Source of the DNA: Octopus vulgaris
Taxonomy: Eukaryota
Direction of reading: 5' to 3'
NCBI GenBank assembly: GCA_951406725.2
Contig: OX597829.1
Coordinates: 53,134,001-53,198,000, forward strand
Length of the DNA stretch: 64,000 nucleotides
Under the pieces are notes generated by a model, which saw only the letters and a list, made by a program, of their open reading frames with translations, did not search any database and was not told where the DNA came from. Below are positions 1 to 12,561 of the stretch, one piece after another; within the stretch, counting starts at the first letter, position 1, and every line of letters begins with the position of its first letter. A program made the position numbers and the translations under genes.

Positions 1-1456
1 AGTTTCTACCTACACCTTTTCTACAGATCGAGCAGGGCCATCTACCTGAAGGTGTTTGTGATTTGTCTACCTTCCTACTGATTACGACTTTGGTTTTAGC
101 TAGATTGACTCTGAGGCCCTTCGATTCTAATCCTTGTTTCCACACCTGAAACTTCTCCTCCAGTTCTGATAGCGACTCAGCAATTAGAGCAAGGTCATCA
201 GCATAGAGGAGCTCCCAAGGGCATCCTGTCTTGAATTCCTCCGTTATTGCCTGGAGGACTATGATAAATAGGAGGGGGCTGAGTACTGAGCCTTGGTGGA
301 CTCCTACCTCTACCCGGAATTCTTCACTGTACACATTTCCAACCCTCACCCTACTAGCGGCGTCCCTATACATGGCCCGCACAGCTCTCACTAACCATTC
401 ATCTATCCCTAGTTTCCTCATTGCCCACCAGATAAGGGATCGGGGGACCCTGTCGAAGGCTTTCTCCATGTCAACAAAAGCCAGGTACAGGGGCTTATCT
501 TTGGCTAGGTATTTCTCCTGCAGCTGCCTTACCAGGAATATAGCATCAGTAGTACTTTTCCCTGGCACAAACCCAAACTGCATCTCATCTAAACTAACTC
601 TCTCTCTAATTAGTTGGGCTATGACCCTCTCCGTAACCTTCATCACCTGGTCCAACAGCTTGATACCTCTGTAGTTATTTGTATCTAGGGCATCACCTTT
701 ACCTTTGTAGCAGTTGACTATTATACTGCTACACCAGTCATTGGGTATGACCCCTTTGTGTATCACCTGATTAACTATACGGGTGACTAGGCTATAGCCG
801 ACACTACCAGACATTTTGAGCATCTCTGCAGTGATTCCTGATGGGCCTGGGGCTTTCCCTGTCTTCATGCTTCTAATTGCCTTAGCTACCACGAAACTAT
901 CAACTCGGATAGCTGGTCCCTCTGTTGGGTCAACATTCGGCAGACTCTCTTTATCCCATTCATTTTCTTCATTCAGCAACCTTTCATAGTGGCATCTCCA
1001 AACCTCTCTCTTTGCATCCTCATTTAGCGCAAGTGAACCATCTTCCATGCGAACACACTTCTCTCCTACCACATCACGATTCTCTCTCACACACTGTCTT
1101 GCAACACGAAAGACCTCCAGTCTTTGGTCCTCACGGCGCAGAACATTGGCAAATTTTTTCTTATCTGCTTCCCCTCTGGCTAAATAAACCTGTCTCCTAG
1201 CTTCTCTTTTGGCAGTCTGATACAATCCCCTGCTACCCCCATTTTTCCAGACCTTCCAAGCCTGTCTCTTTTCTCTAATAGCCCTGTCTACAATATTGTT
1301 CCACCACCACGTTATTCTAGGTCGAGAGGGGACTTTGCACCAGCCACAGATCTGGTCAGTGGCTCTCAGCAGGTTGTCCCTTAGAAACGTCCAGCTGTCT
1401 TCTACCCCCTGTGATGCTCTATCCCCTTCTACTTCGTCAGAGGCTTCAAGTAATAT
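1..1456 (-). mobile_element. RTE-clade LINE, 5'-truncated; reverse transcriptase frame runs off the left edge of the window
   Basis: Manual minus-strand translation stays in one frame with no stop seen: ITWWWNN...MKTGKAPGPSGITAEMLK...YKGKGDALDTNNYRGIKLL...QFGFVPGKSTTDAIF...FVDMEKAFDRVPR...GVHQGSVLSPLLF...WELLYADDLAL...GLRVNLAKTK...WPCSICRKGVGRN. Missing from the ORF track because there is no stop inside the window. Confidence 0.95.
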
Positions 1457-1680
1457 AAGAAAAATAAGAAAATAGAGATAAATTAATTAAGGATTATTTT
1501 GTAGCTTTCATAAAAATCATAGTTGGTTAACCAAAATGTTCCATACACTTATCACATAAAAATATAAAAATGCAACGGTATATCTATTTTCTACCTTCAA
1601 CGAGATTCAATTTTGTAATGATTTAATTATTTTAATTAATTTTTAAAGTCTGAATTTAAAGTCTGAAACTTCAAAATCAC

Positions 1681-3194
1681 TGTTCAAAACTATAAAAACT
1701 ATATGTTTTTAAAGTTATTTTGATATTTAACTCTGTATTTTAGAGGGACACAATATATTGTAAATGAGTGTTTCGTGAATACTTTGAAATGTAAACCTTG
1801 TACCTTTATTATCACATGATTTTCAAACACCTGATTTTTCCAAATTTCCCTGACAACACTTCAAATGTGATTTTATTTCCTTCCAGATTGTTTCAGGAGA
1901 TATTCAATTCAATCATATTTTCTGTTATCCAGATTACATTTCCAGTATCCCTAAAGGTACAAAGTTTTCTGAAATTGAACAAGGGATGATGCTTATACTA
2001 AAAGTGGAAGAAATGAGTAACCAGAAGATTACCGAGAAGATTTGGTGCAGCAGAACCCCAGTGGACAATTTTCTGAAAGATCCTGATGGCTACAAGAGGG
2101 TTCATGCTGGTGGACATCCCAGGGCTACATCAAAAAGGGATGAAAGGGCCATTGTCAGATCTGTGAAGTTACATTGCTCTTCTGTTTCCAAAATCATAGC
2201 ATCAGCAGGAGCAGGAGCCTCAATATCCACTGTAAGAAGAATGATTTTGGACAATAGTTTCAACCTGAAGAAGCAGCTATGAGGTCCGTTATTGTCCTCT
2301 TTCGACTAAACTGTTAGATTGGAGCTTGCTCAGCAGCATCAAACATGGGATCATGAATGGACCAGAGTTCTGTTCTCTGATGAGGAAAAATGGAATTTGA
2401 ATGGCCGAACAGTGTTAAGTATTACTGGACAGATAAATGTATACAAAATTTTATTCATTCCAAGGGGCAGAACAGCAGAAGAGATCTTATCTGCCAATGG
2501 GAAGCTGTCACTTGTCATCATGAATGGTCATTTCAATGCTGCACAATACTTGATATGTTGGACAGGGCTCACATTAATGGAGAAGGAAGGAGGCTCCATG
2601 GCAAGAACTTTATATTTCAACAGGACAATGCTCCTATTCATAAAGCAAAGACAACTTTGAATTTCCTTCATGCAACTGGGGTTGAAGTCATGCCATAGCC
2701 AGCAAGAAGTCCTGACCTTAATTCTATAGAGAATGTCTGGGGATATCTCACAAATGTTGTGTACAGCAAAGGCAAGCAGTATTCATCTGTTGATGAACTT
2801 GAAACAGCAATAAAAAAAGGGCTTCTACTTGATCTGCTGCAGAAGTTAACTGGGAGCATGAAATCATGTGACTTTGAAGTAATTCAGAAAGGTGGTGATC
2901 AAACACACTATTGTTGATGTATTACATAAAAATATCATTGAAATATATCATAATTTCCCTGTTTTGCATCATTTTTGCAACATTATTCAACCTGGCGTTA
3001 TAGTTTTGAACAGGAAGTTTCTGGGTCTGCATGTTTTTTTCCAAATTATTATCTAATTTATTTTTGGATTTCAATAAATTTGAATATTGCAATGACTTCT
3101 ATTCCATTTCCTATCTGGAGGTGAGTTTCATGAATTTGGGTAGTATAGTTTGCCAGAAAAAAACAGAGTTCTGGCTTTATAGTTTTGGAGAGCA

Positions 3195-3199
<5 letters not shown>
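1681..3199 (+). mobile_element. Degenerate Tc1/Tc3-like (DD34E) DNA transposon; transposase pseudogene at about 1986-2915
   Basis: Frameshifted peptides VDNFLKDPDGY..GGHPRATSKRDERAI, WTRVLFSDEEKWNLNGP, FIFQQDNAPIHKAK, P*PARSPDLNSIENVWG. Inverted motif TGTTCAAAACTATA (1681) / TATAGTTTTGAACA (2999), with a related copy at about 3178 ending CAGTA in (TA)n. Confidence 0.88.
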
Positions 3200-3225
<26 letters not shown>

Positions 3226-3226
<1 letters not shown>

Positions 3227-3582
3227 CCATCCGATCATGGCCGTTGCCAGCGCCACCCCAACTGGCCTCCATGCCAATGGCACGTAAAAAGCACCATCCG
3301 TTCGTGGCCGTTGCCAGCCTCGACTGGCTCCTGTGCCGGTGGCACGTAAAAAGCACCATCTGTCCGTGGCCGTCTGCCAGCTCCGTCTGGCACCTGTGCG
3401 GGTGGCATGTAAAAAGCATCCACTACACTCTCGGAGTGGTTGGCGTTAGGAAGGGCATCCAGCCATAGAAACACTGCCAGATCAGACTGGAGCCTGGTGC
3501 AGCCTTCTGGCTTCCCAGACCCCAGCTGAACCGTCCAACCCATGCTAGCATGGAAAGCGGACGTTAAATGATGATGATGATG
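3226..3582 (+). mobile_element. RTE LINE 3' UTR fragment (61-bp repeat units plus (GAT)n tail)
   Basis: GGCACGTAAAAGCACCATCC units followed by ...CCATGCTAGCATGGAAAGCGGACGTTAAA(TGA)n. Same family as 12821-13405, where it is attached to an RTE ORF end. Confidence 0.8.
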
Positions 3583-4029
3583 ATATATATATATATATAT
3601 ATATATACATACATACATGCATACACACACACACACACACACATACGCAATTTTTCTGTGTATGTGTGTGTACATGTATGTGTATGTTTATATGTGCCGA
3701 CCAAATATACCTTATATAGAAAAAGAATATTGTACATTATTATATATCAACCATGTGTGTATAAATATAAACAAACAAATATTTGTTGTTTTTTATTATA
3801 TATACACATACACACACACACACACACGTATATATATACACACATATACATAATCAAAAATGGACAAGTAAACATACAAACAAAAAAAAGCCCCCTCGAA
3901 TCTCCATACCCATCCACAACCAGAAAAATGCATAGACATATACACATAGAACTAACCCCTAAGAAAAAAAAATGATAAGCCCTTCGTATCATGATACTCT
4001 TGAACTATACCTGCATACACAAGCACATG

Positions 4030-4364
4030 CACACACACACACACACAGACACACACGCCGACTCGTGTACATATATCACCCACACATACACACAAACGCG
4101 AATATACACACACAAACACATCTCACACACACACATACACATCACACGCACATACACACACACACAAATGTGCACATACACACAAACACACACACACACA
4201 CGCACACACATAAATACACCCACAGTTCACTCCACAGTTCACCCCCTCGCCAAAAAAAAAAAAAGGTAAAAGCCCTTTCCCCACCCACCCAGCCGCACAT
4301 ACACCTACCACTTACGCACAAATACTTTACCACGCACACACACGCACACGCACACACACACACA

Positions 4365-4411
<47 letters not shown>

Positions 4412-4422
4412 ACACAAACACA

Positions 4423-4485
<63 letters not shown>

Positions 4486-4504
4486 ACATACACACACAAA
4501 CACA

Positions 4505-4570
<66 letters not shown>
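4030..4570. repeat. (CA)n microsatellite-rich tract
   Basis: Long perfect and imperfect CA runs, seen directly. Confidence 0.95.
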
Positions 4571-4574
<4 letters not shown>

Positions 4575-4767
4575 GACAAGCACATATGCTTCATTCTTAA
4601 CAATGTCTTCCCAATTATATTTTTCCTGTGTTTGTTTCGCTGCACCGATTGTATATTGTTATTAGTGTAAAGCTGACTAATCTTGGGTTGGAACAAAAGA
4701 TGGAATGTGTGACATAGCTTTGCTGGTGGCAGTGCTTCTGTGGGGGTGGGGTAGAGGTTTTTTGTTT

Positions 4768-4803
<36 letters not shown>

Positions 4804-5654
4804 TTTTATACATATTTTTTTTCGCCTTTTTATTTTTGTTCCTGCTATCCTGCTAGGAACACCCCCACTCCCCACCCCGATCACTGACTCACTCCACTCA
4901 CTTCCACTGCCGGGGTCCCACTTACCTCTCTCCCCCCCCCCTCCCCGCCGCACTTAACTCGCACAACATTATAGGGTGCCGGTTGCTGCTTGGTGTCTTG
5001 TTATTATTGGAGGGGGAGGGACGGGACGGGGGGGGGGGAGTTGTTAATGGTGCTTTTGATGCTGCTGCTGCTGTTGCTAATGGTGGAGGTGGCAGTAGTG
5101 GTACTGTTAACAGTGCTGGTTAGTGGTACCGGTTAGTGGTTCTGTTTTGGTGTAGATTATTGTGGTAGCTGGTGTCGTCGGTTGGTGGCCTTAGTTGGTA
5201 GTGGTGTTGAGGTTGGTCAATGTTTTTAACTATGCTCACTTGTAGTGGTATCGCTGGTGTTGGTTGGTTGGTAGTGACCGGTGCTGAAACTTATGCTAGT
5301 AGGTAGTGATGTTAGTTGTGGTGTTGGTATTGGTGTTGGTGCTGGTGTTAGTTTTACTGATGTAGTCCTTTTTCATGGTGTTGGATGGTGCTATTCACAG
5401 TGTTAGTTGCTAGTGGATTAACTATTAAGCAAAATGAGCACATGCTTAGGGCATCAAGCGAAGGAGGCAGGGACACCACAGAAATGGTAAATGGTTTACG
5501 GCACAAAAAAAATCACTTTTAACTTGCTAAAATAATATTCGGAGTGGCTTATATAAATCCTTAAAATCCTTAAAAATGTTTTAGCCCAAAGGCTGCGGCC
5601 ATGCTGGGACACCACCACTGATCAGAAATATAATTAGAAATGTTCATGGTGTCA

Positions 5655-5894
5655 TAGGGAGGATCTGGTCAAAGACTTTGCAATTCTAAAAAGTAGGAAA
5701 AAAACTTTACAATTCTAAATAAAGTGAAAACATGCAAAAATAAACGTCCTTTTCCTTATTATTTAGTTTTGTTTCATGCAAAAAGGTAAAAATATATTTT
5801 GTGGTTTATTATTGTTTATATTTTGAATTACATTTATATGGGGACACCAAGATTTTTAAGTACTAAGGGCCTCTATGAGTCACAATCCAGCCTT
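5655..5894. mobile_element. Possible old hAT-like MITE
   Basis: Imperfect terminal inverted repeats TAGGGAGGATCT ... AATCCAGCCTTG around an AT-rich core; no clear TSD. Confidence 0.3.
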
Positions 5895-5961
5895 GATGGT
5901 ATTATAAATGGTATTCATTGGCATTAGTGATGTTGGTAGTCATAATATTGTTAATATTGTA

Positions 5962-6985
5962 AAGGCAGTGAGCTGCCAAAAACGTTAGCACACCGGGCAA
6001 AATGTGTAGCCATATTTTGTCTGCCATTACGTTCTGAGTTCAAATTCCGCCGAGGTCGACTTTGCCTTTCATCCTTTCAGGATCGATAAATTAAGTACCA
6101 GTTATGCACTGGAGTAAATGTAATTGACTTAATCCATTTATCTGTCCTTGTTTGTCCTCTCTGTGTTTAGCCGCTTGTGGGTAGTAAAGAAATAGGTATT
6201 TCATCTGAGTTCAAATTCCGCCAAGGTCGACTTTGCATTTCATCGGTTTGGGGGGTCAATAAATTAAGTACCAGTTATGCACTGGGGTTGGTGTAATTGA
6301 CTTAATCCCTTTGTCTGTCCTTGTTTGTCCTCTCTATGTTTAGCCCCTTGTGGGTAGTAAAGAAATAAGAAACGTTAGCATATCGAGCAAAAGCTTAGCA
6401 GTATTCCATATGTCTTTATGTTCTGAGTTCAAATTCCCCTGAGGTTGACTTTGCATTTCATCCTTTTGGGGTCGATAAATTAAATACCAATTGCATACTG
6501 GGGATGATCTAATCACCTTCCCCTCCCCCTCCACCAAAATTTTGGGTCTTGTGCCTAGAGTAGAAAAGAATATTGTAAAGGTGGTGAGCTGGCAGAAATG
6601 TTAGCATGCCAGAATTGTTAGCATGCCGGGTGAAATGCTTAGCGGTATTTCATCTGCCATTACGTTCTGAGTTCAAATTCCGCTGGGGTCGACCATACCT
6701 TTCATCCTTTCGGAGTCAATAAATTAAGTACCAGTTACATACTGGAGTTGATGTAATCGACTTAATCCCCTTTGTTTGTCTTTGTTTGTCCCCTCTATGT
6801 TTAGCCCCTTGTGGCAATAAACACATAAGAAACATTAGCATGTTGAACGAAATGCTTAGCAGTATTTCATCTGTCTTTATGTTCTGAGTTCATATTCTGC
6901 TGAGGTTGACTTTGCCTTTCATCTTTACGGGGTCAATAAAATAAGTAGTAGTCAAACACTGGAGTCAATGCAATCATTCATCCCC
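5962..6985 (+). mobile_element. Head-to-tail cluster of about 5 Deu/Nin-domain-like tRNA-derived SINE copies
   Basis: Repeated GAGTTCAAATTCCGCCGAGGTCGACTTTGCCTTTCATCCTTTCGGGGTCGATAAATTAAGTACCAG core (B-box plus Deu/Nin-like motif) at about 6035, 6207, 6425, 6668 and 6885. Confidence 0.85.
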
Positions 6986-7119
6986 TTTGATACATACATA
7001 CATACATACATATATACATACATACATACATACATACATACATACATACATACATACATACATACATACATACATACATACATACATACATACATACGCA
7101 TAGTACCTATCAGAATTAT

Positions 7120-7330
7120 CCTTTAATTTTAAAAGCTTCTTTCCTCAAACTGCTACTCCCTGGAACTCATTACCATTGACTTGGTCTCCTCTGGTCCACC
7201 ATCTTCAGCACTTGAAACTTTCTGTTGATCAACATCTTTTGAACATGAATATGAACACTGTTTCTTTTCCTTCTTTGTAGGCCCTTACACTACGATGGCC
7301 TCAAGCCTTACTTGGGACAAAATCTTTTTA
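7120..7330 (+). mobile_element. Old CR1/L2-type LINE 3' fragment
   Basis: Translates as SFFPQTATPWNSLP, matching the C-terminal SFFPRT..WN.LP motif of CR1/L2-group ORF2. Confidence 0.5.
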
Positions 7331-7499
7331 AAATGATGTGATTCTACCAGCATCACATCTTTTCTTGATCTCATTTTGCCACATCACCTTCTGTCATTCA
7401 TTTAGATTTTTTTTTTCCTTTTCAGTTAATTAGGTATTTATTTATTTATTCAATTTTTTTTTTTGCGTTTTTAGTTTTGCATTAATCTAAAATATTAAC

Positions 7500-7990
7500 T
7501 CAAAACCTGTGTCTCCTGCTGGTTGTGAAAGAAAAACAAAGAAGCAAAGCAGTAGATATGGAAACAAAATTAAAAGATAATAGCCCAGCAAGACGAAGGA
7601 GAATGTGTTTCAGTACTTGCACGTGGTTCTAATTTGTCCCAGTCAAAGACCTCTGCCATCGGAAAGAATAAGCTTCACATAGGCGACACCATGAAGACAT
7701 CTGTATCCATTTTACTCTACAATTATCACAAAAAATAAATTTTAAATAATTGAGGAAATGGAAAATTTTTTTAGTCTCAAAGATGGAGGGATCAATTTCA
7801 ACAAAAAATATCACTCAGCCTTTTAATTATAGAAACTAAAACAAAAAGCTAGTCTGAAACAAAGAAATAGTGCACCAGTGATCCTACTTCACAATCCTTA
7901 TAAGTCATGGATGGTTTGATCATGTCAAAAGGCTTCGTAGTTTCCACAATGTAAAAATAAGTGGTCAGTGCTGATGAAGAAGGTGAATTT
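7500..7990 (+). pseudogene. Tigger/pogo-like transposase relic (CENP-B-type HTH region)
   Basis: Broken frames give AVDMETKLK/IIAQQDEGECVSVLARGSNLSQSKTSAI and SHGWFDHVKRLRSFHNVKISG..ADEE, typical Tigger N-terminal motifs. Confidence 0.75.
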
Positions 7991-8164
7991 GAAGAAAAGC
8001 AGCAAAACATTATTGGCTTCAAGTTTTGTCACACAACCAGGATGTTTGGGGGAATGGGTAAGATAGTTATGTCAACTCCATTTCTCAACTGGTACCATAG
8101 GACGAAAGGCAAAAATCGACCTCAGCAGAATTTAAACTTAGAACATAAAGTCATACATGTTGCT

Positions 8165-8171
8165 GACGACA

Positions 8172-8202
<31 letters not shown>

Positions 8203-8321
8203 CGACAACAACAATGATGATGACGATAACAACAACAATGATGATGATGATGATGATGATAATAATGACGACGACGATGACGGTGACGGTGACGATGATG
8301 AAGATGATGATGATAACAACA

Positions 8322-8370
<49 letters not shown>

Positions 8371-8503
8371 CGATGACGATGATGATGGTGATGATGATGA
8401 TGATAACAACAATGATGATGATGATGATGATGATGACAAATATAATGGTGATGACAATGATTATGGTTATGATGACAGTGACAACAACAATGGCGATGAT
8501 GAT
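8165..8503. repeat. (GAT)n/(GAC)n/(AAC)n compound microsatellite
   Basis: Seen directly; source of the poly-D, poly-M and poly-S ORFs. Confidence 0.95.
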
Positions 8504-9404
8504 ATTATTTCCTCATTGCTATGCTTCAAGCAAATCTCAGTGCTCCTTTATTAAAGAGTTTGATAAGGAAAGGAGTCAGCTTAAATGGGCGCATTTCAAG
8601 GGTAATGGTAAGTGGTGCCAGTGTCACAACATTGGAGGAGTTGACAAAGGGTGTCACAATTGGATTAGCAACTGTGGGAAGATGTTGGAGGAAGAGACAT
8701 CACCATATAGTAAAGAAGCAGAGCTATAGAAATGACACATGATCTCTAACTCATTTAGGTGAGCAGTGACTCCAAATGAGAAATAATTTGGATGATAATG
8801 ACTGATCAGACCCATGCTGGCATGAGAAAGTGGATGTAAAACAATAACGATGACAACATTTGAAGTGTTAAAATTTGAAGCCAAATAGGCAGTAAATTCC
8901 ATGTCTGTATCTAAGACAGACTTGGGCAACCATTTTTGAGAAGTGGGCCTCATGAAACATGGTTCATCGTCAGGTGGACCACTCTTCTAAAAAAATTCAA
9001 GGTAATAATTCTTCATTAGGTATGCCATCCAGAAAGTCCTTCAGATGACTGGTTGCCAATGGCTTAGATCCTAGATTCACAAAACAAACTTGAGGAATGG
9101 TCAGGAGAACAATACTCCAAAGTTTGTAAAGATCTTCCTTTTTCCAAGGACCAGAAGACCTGGTTGTATTTGTGGGGAAGATGAGAAAATACAGATGCAT
9201 CAAAGACTGTCCATCTACCATGACAATGAATATCTTTATGTTTAGTTATGATTTGTAATATCAAAACTGGATTACCCTCCTTCATAGATTTCCATCTTGA
9301 GCAAGAAAATTAACTCTGAATATAATTCATATTTAATTCTGCTGTAAAGTAAATTTAAGGCCAGACTTACAAGCTGGGGTGTGTGTGAGAGGGATGGGGG
9401 GAGA

Positions 9405-9785
9405 AAGAGAGAGAGAGTTAGAGAAAGAAAGAGAGAGAGTTAGAGAAAGAAAGAGAGAGAGTTAGAGAAAGAAAGAGAGAGAGAGTTGGAGAAAGAAAGA
9501 GAGAGAGAGTTGGAGAAAGAAAGAGAGAGAGAGTTAGAGAAAGAAAGAGAGAGAGAGTTAGAGAAAAAAAGAGAGAGAGTTAAAGAAAGAAAGAGAGAGA
9601 GTTAGAGAAAGAAAGAGAGAGAGTTAGAGAAAGAAAGAGAGAGAGTTAGAGAAAGAAAGAGAGAGAGAGTTAGAGAAAGAAAGAGAGAGAGAGTTAGAGA
9701 AAGAAAGAGAGAGAGTTAGAGAAAGAAAGAGAGAGAAAGTTAGAGAAAGAAAGAGAGAGAGTTAGAGAAAGAAAGAGAGAGAAAG
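9405..9785. repeat. Purine-rich minisatellite, unit about 20-22 bp (GTTAGAGAAAGAAA(GA)n), about 17 copies
   Basis: Directly visible tandem units. Confidence 0.92.
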
Positions 9786-9999
9786 AGACTTGAAGCATGT
9801 CTGGCAATTAAATTATAACCAGTTTGACCTGCTTGGGTCTCATTAGATTTGTTGTACTCAACTCTCTCATAAATTCTCTCTCTATCTCTATCTCTCTCTT
9901 TCACTATCTCTCTCTCTTTCTCTATCTCTCTCTCTATCTCTCTCTCAAATGTAATCAACATTATACAGTGGAGGTGGTGATGATGATGATGAGTGGGAT

Positions 10000-10067
10000 C
10001 ATAATCATCGTGTCAGCATCATCATCATCATCATAATCATAATCATCATCGTCGTCATCACCATCAT

Positions 10068-10119
<52 letters not shown>

Positions 10120-10142
10120 GTCGTCGTCGTCGTCGTCATCAT

Positions 10143-10176
<34 letters not shown>

Positions 10177-10194
10177 GTCATCATCATCATCATC

Positions 10195-10250
<56 letters not shown>

Positions 10251-10383
10251 TGTCATCATCATCATCATCATCACAACAAATATGACCATGAACAGCAACA
10301 GCAACAACAACAGCAGCAACACTACCATCATCATTATCATCATTATCATAGTCATCGTTATTGTCATTGTTATTGTTATCACC

Positions 10384-10415
<32 letters not shown>

Positions 10416-10500
10416 CACCATCATCATAGTCATCATTATTGTCATTGTTATTGTTATCACCATCACCATCATCATCATCATCATCATCATCGTCGTTGTC
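10000..10500. repeat. (CAT)n compound microsatellite
   Basis: Seen directly. Confidence 0.95.
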
Positions 10501-10542
10501 CTTCTTGTTGTCATTATCTGTGTTATTCTTCTTCTTGTACAG

Positions 10543-10582
10543 AGCCAAACATGTCTCAGTTGTTCTTAATGAGTGGAATAAG
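10543..10582 (+). other. Candidate 40-nt micro-exon
   Basis: Pyrimidine tract TTCTTCTTCTTGTACAG acceptor and AAG|GTAAAC donor; two frames are open (AKHVSVVLNEWNK or PNMSQLFLMSGI). No homology recognised. Confidence 0.2.
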
Positions 10583-10975
10583 GTAAACCAGACTTGATTC
10601 CATAAAGGGCGTGGTAAAGCATTTCTATGTATGAAAAAATATTTTTAATTGGAACCAAAATATTTTTGTGCGGGTTTTTATTTCTTTTCTTTTCTTTTTT
10701 TACGGCTGGATGCTCTTCTTTGGTATGTGTTAACCATTATTATAAATTAATAACAAGACTTGTGAGTAAAAAAGTGTATCCATGTGAGCGTAAAGATGAG
10801 GTAATTACAATATACCAGGTGATCAGGAAAAAAACAAAACAAGCTTCTTAAGACAAATGCAGGGAATTATTCGACAAAGTCACTTTTCGAATGGAGGAGC
10901 TCATAAGAAGATTGTAACATGTGATAAGAAGGAATGAGAAGAAATTGATAAAATCTGTTACACACAATCTATATG

Positions 10976-11045
<70 letters not shown>

Positions 11046-11192
11046 TGTGTGCATGCGTGGTACATATGTGTTAGCTAAGATAAGTTTAAGGAAAGATTTT
11101 TAGCAGCTGATGAAATATAATTTGTAGAATTTGAAGTGATGCTAGACATCATAAGCACCAATTTGAGAAGGAAGAAAGAGAGAGAGAGACAT

Positions 11193-11227
<35 letters not shown>

Positions 11228-11566
11228 TAAAAGTTTTCTGGCACTGTAGGCTTGTATCTCAGGAGGAATGGTTTTGTGGTTAAGAGGTTTGCTTCGCAAT
11301 CATAAGGTATCGGGTTCAATCCTTTGGATGATATCTGGGGTTATGTTCCTTCTACAATAGCCCCCAGTAAACCAATGTCTTTGTGAGTGAAATTCAGTGT
11401 ATAGGAACCATACAAAAAACCCATATTATATATATGTATATTTATACATACACACACACATTTATATATTTACACATATATTCCATCAATACCTATACTA
11501 ACAGAATTGTAAGAGTATAAATATACATACATACATTTATACATAATTAAGTGTGTGTGTGTGTTA

Positions 11567-11599
<33 letters not shown>

Positions 11600-11606
11600 C
11601 TATACA

Positions 11607-11823
11607 TATCTATACAATAATATGTTACATTACTCGATAGTCAAGATAAAACTCTGAGTTTCAGATGCCAAAGTGGAAATCCACAACACCATCTCTTCGG
11701 TTATCTGGCTATTCCAGATAACCGAATAACCGAAGAGATGGTGTTGTGGATTTCCACTTCAGCATCTGAAACTCAGAGTCTTATCTTGACTATCGAGTAA
11801 TGTAACATATTATTTTATAGATA
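11607..11823. repeat. Near-perfect palindrome (about 100-bp arms) whose arms each hold a hammerhead-like motif
   Basis: 11607-11708 is the reverse complement of 11714-11823 apart from a few mismatches and an 8-bp duplication (ATAACCGA). The element continues to about 11888 and is flanked by (TA)n. Confidence 0.9.
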
Positions 11824-12561
11824 AATTTCCTCTATTTACATAATATTGAGGTCTCATTCTTTCTTTTGTTATCTTACCGTTTTATCAATATATATATATA
11901 TATATATGTATAAGAAAAATGGAGACACATGAATATACATCAGTTAATAAGTATATTTGTTGACTGCAAAAATAAACATGATCTCTTTATAATTGTAATA
12001 ATTAAAATCATTTTATAAAGCAGAACCTCATCAGAAGCAGAAAATAAAGTTATACCAGTATATTATTAGTTAAGTATACGGCAAACTGTGTATTGTTATT
12101 TGGATAAACTTGGTATAAACCTTTTAAGGTAGACATAGGGTGTATATTTGATGGGAAAGTAAATATATATTGATATACTCTGGATAACAGTTAGAAGGTG
12201 TAGAGATATATAATAAATTGTAATTTACTATGTAAGTATCATATTAATACTGGGGTAAATATATTTATGGTTTATTATTATAGAGATAATAACAAGTAGA
12301 ATAATATATATAAAAATCTAAGTAGTAATTATATGCAGAAAAAATTATATAAATATGTAGTTGTATGATTAATATATTAATATTTATATTCATACAAAAA
12401 AAGTACCTATGTTCAAAAAGACTTCAATAAAACATGATAATAAATAATTGTGGTTTATTAAAAAATGTATTAAAAATATGTACTTATTTTGGTAATGAAG
12501 CAACCTTTACAAAAATAAGTGCATTTTTTAAAACAATTTTTAATAATCAACAATTAATTAT

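Noticed and set aside
231-674. 147-aa plus-strand ORF (also 925-1200)
   Set aside because: Antisense shadow of the RTE reverse transcriptase on the minus strand.
3972-4696. His-Thr / Cys-Val rich ORFs (similarly 18033-19404, 41279-41728, 49654-50386)
   Set aside because: (CA)n and (TATG)n microsatellites.
4700-4720. TGGAATGT, the start of mature miR-1
   Set aside because: The rest does not match miR-1 and no precursor hairpin is evident.
8870-9290. Non-repetitive minus-strand ORF fragments
   Set aside because: Short and frameshifted with no recognisable motif; possibly an old transposon relic but not assignable.
7961-10548. Poly-Asp, poly-Met and poly-Ser ORFs (similarly 16628-16979, 31939-32593, 44197-44586)
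   Set aside because: Translations of trinucleotide microsatellites with no codon diversity or domain content.
11950-12040. CTGATGA followed by a long stem on the minus strand
   Set aside because: The GAAA half of the core is missing; at best a deleted remnant, so it was not counted.
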